Part shown: positions 14,198 to 24,009 of the stretch, in pieces
Numbering within the stretch: position 1 is the stretch's first letter
Layout: every line of letters begins with the position of its first letter
Assembly (NCBI GenBank): GCA_963809895.1
Contig: CAWELD010000003.1
Coordinates: forward strand, 1,920,001-1,984,000
DNA: 64,000 nucleotides
Source: an uncultured Gemmatimonadales bacterium
GTDB taxonomy: Bacteria; Gemmatimonadota; Gemmatimonadetes; Longimicrobiales; Gaopeijiaceae
Reading direction: 5' to 3'
Program-made: the position numbers and the translations under genes
Notes under the pieces: model-generated
Told to the model about the DNA's origin: nothing
Database searches by the model: none
Seen by the model: only the letters and a program-made list of their open reading frames with translations

Positions 14198-14758
14198 TCA
14201 GCCGCAGGATACGGCGGCGGCGACCACCGTCACCCACTGCCCGTCTTCCGGCGCCTCGGCCACGATGGTGTGGTTCATGGATTTCACCACGAGGCCGCTC
14301 ACCCGCCACTCCTCCTTGCGGTGGTCCCAGGCATCGTCGGGATCGAAGTCGGCCCCGAGCACCGTGGCCAGCATCTGCGCCGCCAGGTCCTCGGCGTAGT
14401 TGCCCATGGTGTTCTCGGACTGGCCGAAGGCGTGGTGTTCCGAGATGTAGCCGTAGTGGTCCCGGTTGGCGGGCATGGCCACACCCACCGACGCCCCCAC
14501 GCGGCGGCTGGGCTCGTTGGTGGCGGCCTCGCTCAACACGCAGAAGACGACCTGACCCGGGCGCAGCAGCTTCACCCCCTCCTCACGGTCGATGATCTCA
14601 CAATTGGGGGGAAAGATGGAGGAGATCCGCACCAGGTTGTGCTGAGCGATGCGGGCGTCTCGAAGCGCCATCTCGAAGCTGGTCAGCTTCTCTTTGTGGA
14701 TGCCGACACCGGTGGTGAAGAAGACCTTCTTGGGAACGAGCTGCTCACCCTGGAACAC
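14198..14758 (-). CDS. pdaD: Pyruvoyl-dependent arginine decarboxylase
   Basis: SFEMALRDA, NLVRISSIFPP (Ser-Ser self-cleavage site), YGYISEHH. Confidence 0.92.
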   Translation of the reverse strand: MFQGEQLVPKKVFFTTGVGIHKEKLTSFEMALRDARIAQHNLVRISSIFPPNCEIIDREEGVKLLRPGQVVFCVLSEAATNEPSRRVGASVGVAMPANRDHYGYISEHHAFGQSENTMGNYAEDLAAQMLATVLGADFDPDDAWDHRKEEWRVSGLVVKSMNHTIVAEAPEDGQWVTVVAAAVSCG

Positions 14759-14862
14759 CGTGGATCACCTCCTGTGTGACGCCACCAGAAGCGTCGACGA
14801 GGGGACGAGGCGCGGGCCGCGACCTGGCCCCCGGTCAACGCGGACACGGGCCGGACCAACGC

Positions 14863-14901
14863 AAAACGGGTGAAGGGGGCAGCGCGCCCGGCCTTCACCC
14901 G
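14863..14901 (-). terminator. Intrinsic terminator-like hairpin after fur
   Basis: Minus strand CGGGTGAAGG-N15-CCTTCACCCG-TTTT. Confidence 0.7.
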
Positions 14902-14927
14902 GTCCCCTCCGATCCGGAGACCGAAAG

Positions 14928-15428
14928 CTAGACGGTTTCGATCGGGCAGGTCAACCCTTCCTGGGGCAGCGTCACGCCGCGATCCTGGCAGCGCTGACAG
15001 AGGCCGTAGATGTCCAGGCGGTGGCGCGCGGGGCGGAATCCGAGCTCCCGTGCGACCCGGGCCTCGATGGCGGGAATCTCCGGACTGCGAAACTCGTCCA
15101 CGTTCCCGCACTCCAGGCAGATGAGGTGCTGGTGCACAGGCTCGTGCGACAGGCGGTGCTCGTAGCGCTTGAAGCCCTCGCCGAAGTCGTGCTCGTCGAC
15201 CAGCTTGCTCTTCACCAGCAGGTCGAGGGTCCGGTAGATCGTGGCCTTGCCGATGCGCTCGCCCGTGGAGCGGAGCTCCTGCTCGATGTCCTCCACCGAC
15301 AGGTGGCCCTCCGAGGCGAAGACCACCGTGGCCACGGCCTCCCGCTGGTGCGTCACGGGGAGTCCCTCCTCGCGCAGATAGCGGGCGAAGAGCCGGTTCG
15401 ACGGATGGCGCTCGGCGGTGGTGCTCAC
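14928..15428 (-). CDS. fur: Fur-family transcriptional regulator
   Basis: THQREAV, HLSVEDI, ATIYRTLDLL, HQHLICLECG, YGLCQRC; GTG start overlaps the upstream stop. Confidence 0.92.
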   Translation of the reverse strand: MSTTAERHPSNRLFARYLREEGLPVTHQREAVATVVFASEGHLSVEDIEQELRSTGERIGKATIYRTLDLLVKSKLVDEHDFGEGFKRYEHRLSHEPVHQHLICLECGNVDEFRSPEIPAIEARVARELGFRPARHRLDIYGLCQRCQDRGVTLPQEGLTCPIETV

Positions 15429-15970
15429 GGGTCGGTGACGGGTTGAGGCTCCGGTGCGGGGGCGGGTGGCACGCCGGCCGTGGGCGTCGCGCTCTCCGGG
15501 GCCGCGGACTCGGCCGCTCGGTCGGCCGGCTCGGGCTCCAGGAGCTCGCGGCCCAGCTCGTCCAGGAGCGCGTCGAAGCGCTCGCTCTCGCCAGCGATCT
15601 CCACCTCGCGGGGATCGCCGAGCTCGCTGCCGGCACGGCGCACCACGCCGTCCATCATGCGAGGAAAGCGGTCGTCCGGAGCCGCGCCCTGCTCCTCCAG
15701 CTGCCACTCGATCTCCAGGCCCTTGCCGGTGCGCTCGGCCACGTAGGGCGCGGTGAACAGCCCTCGCCGATCTTCGCGCTCGGCGCCGGAGAAGCGACTC
15801 ACGGCCACCAGGCCCCACTCCTTTCGGCCGCGGATGAGCGGGGGGAAGATCCAGATGCGGTCCAGGGTCTCGGGCAGCAGTCGGCGTCCCAGGCCCTGGA
15901 TGGTGCGCGGAAGGGCCTCCGGGACGCCGGGTCCCTGGTCCTGCCGTCCGCCGCTCATGGGTCTCGTCAC
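15425..15970 (-). CDS. Hypothetical protein
   Basis: SD GAGGGAG before GTG 15970; globular-looking sequence (LDRIWIFPPL...WGLVAVS); coupled to fur. Confidence 0.75.
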   Translation of the reverse strand: MTRPMSGGRQDQGPGVPEALPRTIQGLGRRLLPETLDRIWIFPPLIRGRKEWGLVAVSRFSGAEREDRRGLFTAPYVAERTGKGLEIEWQLEEQGAAPDDRFPRMMDGVVRRAGSELGDPREVEIAGESERFDALLDELGRELLEPEPADRAAESAAPESATPTAGVPPAPAPEPQPVTDP

Positions 15971-16013
15971 GTGATCTGCTCTCCCTCGAGGAGCCCGGGC
16001 GCGCCGGTGCGGG

Positions 16014-17060
16014 CTAGGCGCGCCCCGCCCCCGCCGGCTCGACGCCGTCGGCATCCAGGTGTTCGCGGACGACCTTGCGCGTGGCCGCCACCACGGTGGG
16101 CATGACGTCGTCCAGGGCGCCCTCCACCAGGGCCCCGGACGCTTTGACGTGCCCGCCACCGCCAAATTCGCGTGCCAGGGCATTCACGTCCACCGTGCCG
16201 TTGGCCCGGAAGGAGACCTTGGTACCCCGGGCCGTCTGACGGAAGAGGAGCGCCACCTCGGTGCCCTCCACCGAGCGCGGATAGTCCACCAGTCCCTCCA
16301 GGTCCTCTCCGGTCGCCTCCAGCTCGGCGTACGCGGCGCCGGGGACCACCATCCAGGCCACCCCTTCGTCGACCTCCAGCGTGGCCAGCGCCGCCTCCAG
16401 CAGCCGCAGCCGTCGCAGGGGCGCGGCGCCGTAGACCCGGCGGTGGAGCCCCTCGGGATCCACGCCGCGCTCGATGAGATCGGCCACCACGCGGTGCGCC
16501 TCCGGCGTGCTGTTGCTGAAGCGAAACGACCCGGTGTCGGTGAGGATGGCGACGTACATCCCGTCCAGCGCCTCCTGGGGCCAGGGGCCGCCGGTCGCCA
16601 GCAGGATGTCGTAGACGAGCTCGCCGGTGGCGCAGGCCGTGGAATCGCGCAGCGACACGCCTCCCACGGGGTGGGGACCCGGAGGGTGGTGGTCGACGAC
16701 CACGCTGGTGAGGTGCTCGATCATGGGCTTCACGCGACCGATGCGCGGGACCTCGCCGGTGTCCAGGACCACGGCGACCCCGGCCTGCGCGCAGATGCGG
16801 CGGGCCTCTTCGGAGCCGGCGTCCAGCACCCAGTCGTCGTCGGGCACCAGGAAGCGGAAGTTGCCCGGAAAGGGCGTGGGATTCACGATCCACGCCCGGG
16901 TGCCGTTGGCCCTCAGCCAGGCCGCCACCGCCACCTCGGAACCCACGCCGTCACCGTCGGCGTTGACGTGGGTGGTCAACACGGCGTCTCTCGACGCCCG
17001 CAGCACGTCGGCTGCCTCGCGCACCGCCCGGCGGCGGCGATCGGGGGTTCGGTAGCTCAC
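16014..17060 (-). CDS. nrnA: DHH/DHHA1 phosphoesterase (NrnA-like oligoribonuclease/PAP phosphatase)
   Basis: THVNADGDGVGS, VVDHH, ILTDTGSF, FGGGGH. Confidence 0.88.
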   Translation of the reverse strand: MSYRTPDRRRRAVREAADVLRASRDAVLTTHVNADGDGVGSEVAVAAWLRANGTRAWIVNPTPFPGNFRFLVPDDDWVLDAGSEEARRICAQAGVAVVLDTGEVPRIGRVKPMIEHLTSVVVDHHPPGPHPVGGVSLRDSTACATGELVYDILLATGGPWPQEALDGMYVAILTDTGSFRFSNSTPEAHRVVADLIERGVDPEGLHRRVYGAAPLRRLRLLEAALATLEVDEGVAWMVVPGAAYAELEATGEDLEGLVDYPRSVEGTEVALLFRQTARGTKVSFRANGTVDVNALAREFGGGGHVKASGALVEGALDDVMPTVVAATRKVVREHLDADGVEPAGAGRA

Positions 17061-18343
17061 AGGCCTCTCAGCTGCGCGGCCTTGGACACGCGCCGGACCG
17101 CCACGATGTAGGCCGCCTGGCGCAGCGTGACGCCCTGCTCGTCGGCCACCCTCAGCACGTCGTCCAGCGCCCGTTCCATCACCTTGCTCAGCTCCTCCTT
17201 CACACGATCGGCATCCCAGCGGAAACTCTGCGCGTTCTGGACCCACTCGAAATAGCTGACCGTGACGCCGCCGGCGTTGGCCAGGATGTCCGGCACCACC
17301 ACCACTCCTTTGCTCGCCAGGATCTCGTCGGCCACCGGCGTGGTGGGGCCGTTGGCACCCTCCACCACGAAGCGGGCGCGCACGTCACCGGCATTGTCGC
17401 CGGTGATGGCGCCACCCAGCGCCGCCGGCACCAGCACGTCGACGTCGGCGGAAAAGATGTCGGCGCCGTCGAGGTCTTCGTGGGCGCCGTCGTACGCCAC
17501 CACCGAGCCCTCGTGCTCCACGGCGGACGTGAGCCCGTCCACGTCCAGGCCGTCGCCGTTGAAGACGCCGCCCTTCACGTCGGTGACCGCCACCACCCGG
17601 GCACCGCGGCGGTCCAGCTCCCGCGCGGCGAAGCTGCCCACGTTGCCGAACCCCTGCAGCGCCACCGTGGCGCCCTTCAGCGACTCGCCCCGGGACGACA
17701 GGATGCGATCCGCCACGATCCCCAGGCCGTCGCCGGTGGCCGACACGCGGCCCTCGGACCCACCGAGCTCCACGGGCTTTCCGGTGACCACGCCCGGGGA
17801 CCATCCCTTGAACTTGGCGTACTCGTCGACGATCCAGGCCATGACGCGGGGGCTGGTGTTCACGTCGGGAGCCGGGATGTCCTGGTTCGGCCCGAGGAAG
17901 GTGTGCATGCGCTGCACGAAGCGGCGCGTGATGGCCTCCACGTCTTCGTCGGTGAGGGCGGTGGGATCGCAGTTCACGCCCCCCTTGGCGCCGCCGAAGG
18001 GCACGTTCACCACCGCCGTCTTCCACGTCATGAGCGAGGCCAGCGCCCGCACCTCGTCGAGGTTGACGTGGGGATGGTAGCGGATCCCCCCCTTCATGGG
18101 ACCGCGGGCCTGGTCGTGCTGGACCCGGAATCCCTGGAAGATGCGCAGGGAGCCATCGTGCAGTCGCAGCGGAATCTCCGCGGTCACCTCACGATACGGC
18201 GTCCGCAGGTAGACGCGGATCTCCTCGTCCAGGTCCAGCGTCTCGGCCACCCGGTCCAGCTCGTAGTTCACGGCCTCGAAGGGCGTGAAGTCGTCGCGGG
18301 GCTTGGAGGGTGCGTCCCGGACCGGGACCGAATGCGCGCTCAT
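17057..18343 (-). CDS. gdhA: Glutamate dehydrogenase (Glu/Leu/Phe/Val family)
   Basis: KGGIRYHP, MTWKTA, GGAKGG, DIPAPD, QGFGNVG, EGANGPT, NAGGVTVSYFEW. Confidence 0.93.
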   Translation of the reverse strand: MSAHSVPVRDAPSKPRDDFTPFEAVNYELDRVAETLDLDEEIRVYLRTPYREVTAEIPLRLHDGSLRIFQGFRVQHDQARGPMKGGIRYHPHVNLDEVRALASLMTWKTAVVNVPFGGAKGGVNCDPTALTDEDVEAITRRFVQRMHTFLGPNQDIPAPDVNTSPRVMAWIVDEYAKFKGWSPGVVTGKPVELGGSEGRVSATGDGLGIVADRILSSRGESLKGATVALQGFGNVGSFAARELDRRGARVVAVTDVKGGVFNGDGLDVDGLTSAVEHEGSVVAYDGAHEDLDGADIFSADVDVLVPAALGGAITGDNAGDVRARFVVEGANGPTTPVADEILASKGVVVVPDILANAGGVTVSYFEWVQNAQSFRWDADRVKEELSKVMERALDDVLRVADEQGVTLRQAAYIVAVRRVSKAAQLRGL

Positions 18344-18408
18344 CAATGCTCCTCATCTGCGGGCGGGACCAGCTCGATCTGGTGATCGACTCCTGCAGAA
18401 AAAACCCG

Positions 18409-19743
18409 CTACCCGTCCGAAGGGTTCGTCATCCCCTCCGGAAACGACGGTGCCCCGAAGAGGCGCCTGCGGACCTTGGCCCAGGTGGAGGCCAGGTGGA
18501 CGAGATTCGAGGCGGTGCGCCCATGGACGTGCCCGGAGGCCAGCGCCACGCGCAGCGCGTCGGCCGTGTTGGCGTGCCGGGGCACTTCGACCCAGGCGCC
18601 CGCGACCTCACCCAGGGTGTGGGCGTCGGAGCCCGCGCCCCGGAGACGGCCGTGGCGACGCGCCAGATCGGCCGCCGGTCCGTTGAGCCGCCCGGGATGG
18701 AGACGGGCGTTGAAGACCTCCACCACCTCCACCAACGGCGCCAGCGTTTCCGCGTACTGCCCGGAGCCACCCTTGCCGCGGGCGTAGGGATGGGGCAGGT
18801 AGGCGATCCCACCCTGATCGCGGATGCGCGCGCAGGTCTCGCGGGCCGGCGTGCCCCTGGGGATCTCCTCGGTGAGGTAGAGACCGATGACGTCGATGCC
18901 CTCGGCGGTCTTCACCTCCTCGCCGGGAATCACCCGATCGGGGTAGCGCTCCGCCAGCGCCCGCGCCACGTGCAGGCGGTTGTGGTCGGTGACGGCGATG
19001 CGCTCCACGCCGCGCACGGCGGCTCGCTCCAGCACCTCCACCGGGTCCGACAGGCAATCCCACGAGCCCGCGGTGTGGAGATGCAGGTCCAGGCGCATGG
19101 AGCCCACCGGCGGGGCTTCGGCCGGGGCCACGCCGGGGGCCGCCTCGGCGCTGCCGCGGAGCTCGTCGAGGAGGTCCAGGGCCCGCTCCCGAAGCGTGTC
19201 GGGGTCGGCGTCGTTCTCCAGGACGTGGTCGGCACGGCGGCGCTTGTCCCGGGCATCCATCTGGGCCGCCATCATGCGGCGCGCCGCATCCTCGTCCAAC
19301 CCCCGATCCTCCATCAAGCGGCGCAGGCGCTCCTCGTCCGGGGCGTCGACGAGGACCACCAGGTCGAAGTCGGCGTCCCGCCCCGTCTCGTAGAGAAGCG
19401 GGATCTCGGCCACGACCACATCGTGGCCCTCGGCCTCCCGGGCCCGGGTCCAGCGGTCACGCAAGTCCCACACCACGGGATGGACGATCGCTTCCAGCCG
19501 CGCGCGCTCCGCCGGGTCGGCGAAGATCCGCTGGCGCATGCGGGCCCGGTCCAGCGAGCCGTCGGCGGCCAGCACGTCGGCGCCGAAGGCCTCGCGCACC
19601 CGCTCCAGCCCCGGGGTGCCCGGCGCCACGGCCTCGCGCGCCAGATCGTCGGCGCTCACCACCGGGACACCGGCCTCGCGCCAGATGCGCGCCACCGAGG
19701 ACTTGCCCGAGGCCACGTTGCCCGTGAGCGCCACCTTCAGCAC
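18409..19743 (-). CDS. coaE: Dephospho-CoA kinase fused to a PHP-family phosphoesterase domain
   Basis: LTGNVASGKS, LDRARM, LEAIVHP, EIPLLYE, followed in frame by DLHLHT, AVTDHN, GEEV, PHPY, GSDAH; SD GGAGGAG before GTG 19743. Confidence 0.88.
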   Translation of the reverse strand: MLKVALTGNVASGKSSVARIWREAGVPVVSADDLAREAVAPGTPGLERVREAFGADVLAADGSLDRARMRQRIFADPAERARLEAIVHPVVWDLRDRWTRAREAEGHDVVVAEIPLLYETGRDADFDLVVLVDAPDEERLRRLMEDRGLDEDAARRMMAAQMDARDKRRRADHVLENDADPDTLRERALDLLDELRGSAEAAPGVAPAEAPPVGSMRLDLHLHTAGSWDCLSDPVEVLERAAVRGVERIAVTDHNRLHVARALAERYPDRVIPGEEVKTAEGIDVIGLYLTEEIPRGTPARETCARIRDQGGIAYLPHPYARGKGGSGQYAETLAPLVEVVEVFNARLHPGRLNGPAADLARRHGRLRGAGSDAHTLGEVAGAWVEVPRHANTADALRVALASGHVHGRTASNLVHLASTWAKVRRRLFGAPSFPEGMTNPSDG

Positions 19744-20348
19744 GACTCCTCCTCCCCTGGGATCTCGCCCCGGCGCCTGGCCCGCAACCACAGGATCGCC
19801 CCGGCCACCGCGAACAGGGTGGCCCAGCCGACACCCACCAGCGAGCTGACGGTCTCCCAGCTCCGGCCCGCCGCCAGGCCGATGCCCATGTAGAGCGCCA
19901 CCCACAGCACCACACCGGGCACGTCGTAGGTCACGAAGCGCCGGGCCGGCACCCGGGCCATGCCACTGCTCATGGGCATGAGGGTGCGCACGAAGGCCAC
20001 CAGCCGGGCCAGCGTCACGGAGTACAGGGGATGGCGCCCGAGAAAGGACCCCAGCCGGCGGTCGTGGCGCCGGAGCGCGCGGGCGACCCAGCCTCGGCCC
20101 TCGCGCAGCCGCTCGCCACCGCGCCGCCCGATGCCGTAGCCGAGCATGTCGCCGGCCCATCCCCCCAGCCCCGCGGCCAGCGCCACCTCGACGTAGCCCA
20201 GCTCACCGGCCCGGGCCAACACGGTGGCGAACGCCGTGGCCATGCCCGACGGGACGACCAGGCCGGTGACGAAAGACGTCTCGAGCACGGCCAGAACGAA
20301 GAGGACCCAGGGGCCGTACAGCGCCACCAGCTCGGGGAGCCGGGTCAT
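19737..20348 (-). CDS. DedA-family membrane protein
   Basis: LETSFVTGLVVPSG, GDMLGYGIGR, LARLVAFVRT motifs. Confidence 0.88.
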   Translation of the reverse strand: MTRLPELVALYGPWVLFVLAVLETSFVTGLVVPSGMATAFATVLARAGELGYVEVALAAGLGGWAGDMLGYGIGRRGGERLREGRGWVARALRRHDRRLGSFLGRHPLYSVTLARLVAFVRTLMPMSSGMARVPARRFVTYDVPGVVLWVALYMGIGLAAGRSWETVSSLVGVGWATLFAVAGAILWLRARRRGEIPGEEESC

Positions 20349-20390
20349 GGGCCCGGGAGCGCGGGTGGAGGGAGAGGAGGTGACGGCCGA

Positions 20391-20762
20391 TCAGCGGCGA
20401 TTCCGCGTCTCCACGATGTCGTCGTCGGTGCCGCGCTTCTTGTCGGGCCCGTAGGAGACGACGTCGAAGGCGTGGCGGCGCAGGACCAGCACGTAGGTGT
20501 TGCCCCAGGAGTCCCGGGTGGCGTCGCCGTTGTAGCGTCCCTCCAGCCAGCGCGGGAACTCGCGCGGCTCGGGCATCTTGCCCAGCGTCTCGCGCTCGTA
20601 GGTCTGCAGGTCCCGGGAGATCTTCTCCATCTCGGCCTTGGTGGCCAGACGGAAGGCCGGGTTGAGCGCCGGCCCCGCGTAGCGCGTGACCACCGCCCGC
20701 GACGAGGGGAAGTAGAGCGCCGCCGCAAGCGCCACCAGGAGAAACAGGATGAGCTTGAACAT
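20391..20762 (-). CDS. T2SS protein G C-terminal-domain-like protein with N-terminal anchor
   Basis: DSWGNTY ... VVSYGPDKKRGTDDDI resembles the GspG C-terminus; no type IV prepilin cleavage motif. Confidence 0.65.
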   Translation of the reverse strand: MFKLILFLLVALAAALYFPSSRAVVTRYAGPALNPAFRLATKAEMEKISRDLQTYERETLGKMPEPREFPRWLEGRYNGDATRDSWGNTYVLVLRRHAFDVVSYGPDKKRGTDDDIVETRNRR

Positions 20763-20776
20763 GAGGATCTCTCCAG

Positions 20777-21028
20777 TCAGGTCCTGCGGCGCATGGCCCG
20801 GGCCCAGGTCACGAAGCGCGCCAACTCGTCGTCGGGTGGCAGCGCGTCGGGCTCACCGTAGGCCGTCTCCATGCGCCAGCGCAGATAGTCGGCGGGTGGA
20901 AGGGGCAGAAAAGGCGGACGCCGGTACCAGTTCCTGGCGCGAAAGGCCCAGGCCGTACCCACCAGGGCGGGAATCAGACGCGGACGCCTGAGGGCCAGCC
21001 CCAGAAGCTTCCGATAGATGGGGGGCAA
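20777..21028 (-). CDS. Small hypothetical protein
   Basis: TTG start after GGAG; WYRRPPFLPLPPADYLRWRMETAYG looks like a conserved motif. Confidence 0.65.
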   Translation of the reverse strand: MPPIYRKLLGLALRRPRLIPALVGTAWAFRARNWYRRPPFLPLPPADYLRWRMETAYGEPDALPPDDELARFVTWARAMRRRT

Positions 21029-21245
21029 ACGGCGGCTCCGTGAATAGGTCGCTGATTCAAGGTAAGACGGTCCGTCCCGGCGCCACAATCCTGGCTTGAC
21101 CGGAGAGTACCACCGACCGCCGATGCGCGCCCCGCGGCGCGACCACGGGTACCGGCCGGGCCAGCGGGTCCGTACCTTCATCGTGTCGACGACACAGCAC
21201 CCCTACGATCCCACGGGGCCGCAGGGTTCCAACCGCGAGGCCGCC

Positions 21246-21452
21246 ATGACGTTGTACGCACCGGTCTATCCCCAGGGCACCCGCGTCCGCGTGCGCCAGG
21301 GTCGCCTTCCCATGAGTCAGGATCTGCTGGGCCGCGCCGGCACCGTGGTCGAGCTGGACGACTATCGTCCGGGCCGCTACGGCGTGTCGCTCGACGGCGA
21401 GGAGCAGATCCGCGACTTCCGCGAGGACGAGCTGGAGGTGATGGGGGGCTGA
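21246..21452 (+). CDS. Small SH3-like hypothetical protein
   Basis: GAGG SD; GTRVRV...GRAGTVV...YGVSLD...FREDEL beta-barrel pattern. Confidence 0.65.
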   Translation: MTLYAPVYPQGTRVRVRQGRLPMSQDLLGRAGTVVELDDYRPGRYGVSLDGEEQIRDFREDELEVMGG

Positions 21453-21463
21453 CCCCCGACGCC

Positions 21464-23533
21464 GTGCCCAACCGCCTCGCGGGAGAGAGCTCCCCCTACC
21501 TGCTCCAGCACGCCCACAACCCCGTGGACTGGTACCCGTGGGGACCCGAGGCGCTGGAGCGCGCCCGGCGCGAGGACCGCCCGGTGTTCCTCTCCATCGG
21601 CTACTCCGCCTGCCACTGGTGCCACGTCATGGAGCGGGAGTCCTTCGCCGACCCCGACGTCGCCGCGCTCATGAACGAGGCGTTCGTGTGCGTGAAGGTG
21701 GACCGCGAGGAGCGGCCCGACCTGGACGGGATCTACATGAAGGCCGTGCAGGCCCTGACCGGCCGCGGTGGCTGGCCCCTGTCGGCCTTTCTCACCCCCG
21801 CGGGCGAGCCCTTCTACGGCGGCACCTACTTTCCCCCGGAGCCGCGCCACGGCATGCCGGCCTTCCGTCAGGTGCTGGCAGGGGTGGCGGAGGCGTGGCG
21901 GGACCGCCGGGATCAGGTGCTGGACAGTGCTCTCGCGCTGCGCGAGGCGCTGGAGCGTGCGGTGCTGGACGCGGTCCCGGGGGACGGCGGGCAGGCGGGA
22001 GCGACGGGGAGCGACGACGGCGCCCTGGTCGCCGGCGCGGTGCGCCACCTGCGCGAGCGCTTCGACGCCGTGCGCGGAGGCTTCGGCGGCGCGCCCAAGT
22101 TCCCGCAGCCCACCACGCTGGAGCTCCTGCTCGCGTACGGTGCCTCGTCCGGCGACGGCGAGGCCGTCTCCATGGTCACGCGCACCCTGGACGCCATGGC
22201 GCTGGGCGGGATCCGGGACCACCTGGGCGGCGGCTTCCACCGCTATTCCGTGGACGCTCGCTGGCTGGTGCCCCACTTCGAGAAGATGCTGTACGACAAC
22301 GCCCTGCTGGCCCGCCTGTACACCGACGCCTGGCGGGTCACCGGCGAGCTCCGTTTCCGCGAGGTGGCCGAGGACACACTGGCCTACCTGCTCGCCGATC
22401 TGCGGACGCCCGAGGGGGGATTCTACGCGGCGCGCGACGCCGACTCCGAGGGCGAGGAAGGGCGCTTCTACCTGTGGACGCCGGAGCAGGTGTCCGAGGC
22501 GGTGGACGATGCCGAGCGGGCGGCGCTCTTGTGCCGGGTGTACGGCGTGGAGCCCGGCGGCAACTTCGAGGGGCGGAGCATCCTCCACCTGAGGCGCCCC
22601 CTGGAGGCCGAGGCGGAGGCGCGGGGCATGACCCGGGACGACCTGCGCGACGCCCTGGCGCCGGCGCGGCGGACGTTGCTGGAGGCCCGGGCCCGCAGAG
22701 AGCCCCCGTTCCGGGACACCAAGGTGCTGTGCTCGTGGAGCGCCTTCGCCGTGCGGGCGCTGGCTGAAGCCGGGGGCGCCATGGGGCGGGACGACTGGCT
22801 CGAAGCCGCGCGCCAGGGCGCCCGTTTCCTGAGCGTGGTAATGCGGGCCGACGGCGAGCTCCGCCACGTGTGGACCGACGGGGTGCCGGGCCCGCCGGCC
22901 TTCCTGGAGGACCGGGCGGCGCTGGGCAACGCCCTGTTGTCGCTGCACGAAGCCACGCTGGAGCCGTCCTGGCTGGAGGCGGCGGCGGGCCTGTGCGCCG
23001 AGATGCTCGACCGCCACTGGGACGCCGACGCCGGCGTCTTCTACGATGACGCCCGGGGCGGCGAGCCCCTGGTGGTCCGTCCCCGCGAGGTCATGGACCA
23101 GGCCACGCCCTCGGGGACCTCGCTGGCCGTGGAGCTCCTGCTGCGGGCAGCGCACCTGCTCGACCGCGAGGGTTGGGCCGAGGTGGCACGCCGCGCCCTG
23201 GACCACGAGCGCCCCGGCATGGCCCGCTTCCCGGCGGCCTTCGGGCGACTCCTCACCCAACGCGTCCGCCTCGAGACTCCGCCCGTCGAGGTGGTGGTGG
23301 CCGGGGCGCGTGGCGACGACGACACCCGGGCGCTGCTCCGGCGCACGCTGGCGAGCTACCACGCCCATCGTGTGGTGTCGGGCGTGGATCCCTCGGAGCC
23401 GGCACCGGAGGCCTGGCCGCTCCTGCAGGGGCGCGGACCCGTCGACGGCCGACCGGCCGCCTAGGTGTGCCGCGGCTACGTGTGCGATGCGCCGGTCACC
23501 GACGTGGACGACCTGGGGCGACTGCTGGACTGA
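21464..23533 (+). CDS. YyaL/SSP411-like thioredoxin-domain (DUF255) protein with an in-frame TAG near the C-terminus
   Basis: [50 protein letters not shown] at 23462-23464 interrupts [18 protein letters not shown], and the frame continues to TGA 23533. Confidence 0.9.
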
Positions 23534-23631
23534 TTCATCCGGCTCCGCCCTGCGGCGCCGCCGCGGGCCCGCGGTGTCGTGGCCGCCACGGAATCCCCCG
23601 TGAAACCCTTTCGCCGTCCGCTGCGTCTTAG

Positions 23632-23667
23632 TATCTGTAACATGACTACTATGTCACCTTACAGATA
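23632..23667. promoter_or_regulatory. AT-rich inverted repeat, probable PadR operator
   Basis: TATCTGTAA-catGAC-TACTAT-GTCacc-TTACAGATA directly before the padR ATG. Confidence 0.65.
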
Positions 23668-23673
23668 TCACCC

Positions 23674-24009
23674 ATGGACGACATCGCTCGACACCTGCCC
23701 CTGGCCCCGCGTGATCTCCTGATCCTCGCCGTGCTCGCCGAAGGCCCGCTCCACGGCTACGGCATCATCAAGGCGGTGGAGGAGCGTTCCCGATCGGGGG
23801 TGCTCCTGGATCCCGCCAACCTCTACCGCACGCTCCGGCGCATGCGCAAGGCGCAGTGGCTGGAAGAGGTCGAGGGCGACGGAGACGACGAGCGGAGGCG
23901 CACCTTCGCCGTGACGGGCCTCGGTCGCAGGGTGCTGGCCGCCGAGGTGGAGCGACTGGAACGGCTCCTGGGGCAGGCGCGTCCCGCGCTGGCGGGCGAG
24001 GACGCGTGA
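23674..24009 (+). CDS. PadR-family transcriptional regulator
   Basis: LILAVLAEGPLHGYGIIKAVEERS...ANLYRTLRRM...RRRTFAVTGLG. Confidence 0.9.
   Translation: MDDIARHLPLAPRDLLILAVLAEGPLHGYGIIKAVEERSRSGVLLDPANLYRTLRRMRKAQWLEEVEGDGDDERRRTFAVTGLGRRVLAAEVERLERLLGQARPALAGEDA

Noticed and set aside
14762..14773. 16S rRNA fragment (GGATCACCTCCT)
   Set aside because: Only 12 nt match; it is the reverse complement of the pdaD SD, with no other rRNA sequence nearby.
11636..14779. Long antisense ORFs (also 5069-7924, 44517-47456, 59574-62360)
   Set aside because: Shadow frames expected from high GC3 codon bias opposite real genes.
23462..23464. Genome-wide stop-codon reassignment or pyrrolysine
   Set aside because: TAG ends many normal genes here (3173, 26650, 40286, 62327, 62993) and no pyl genes are seen; kept only as a low-interest check.
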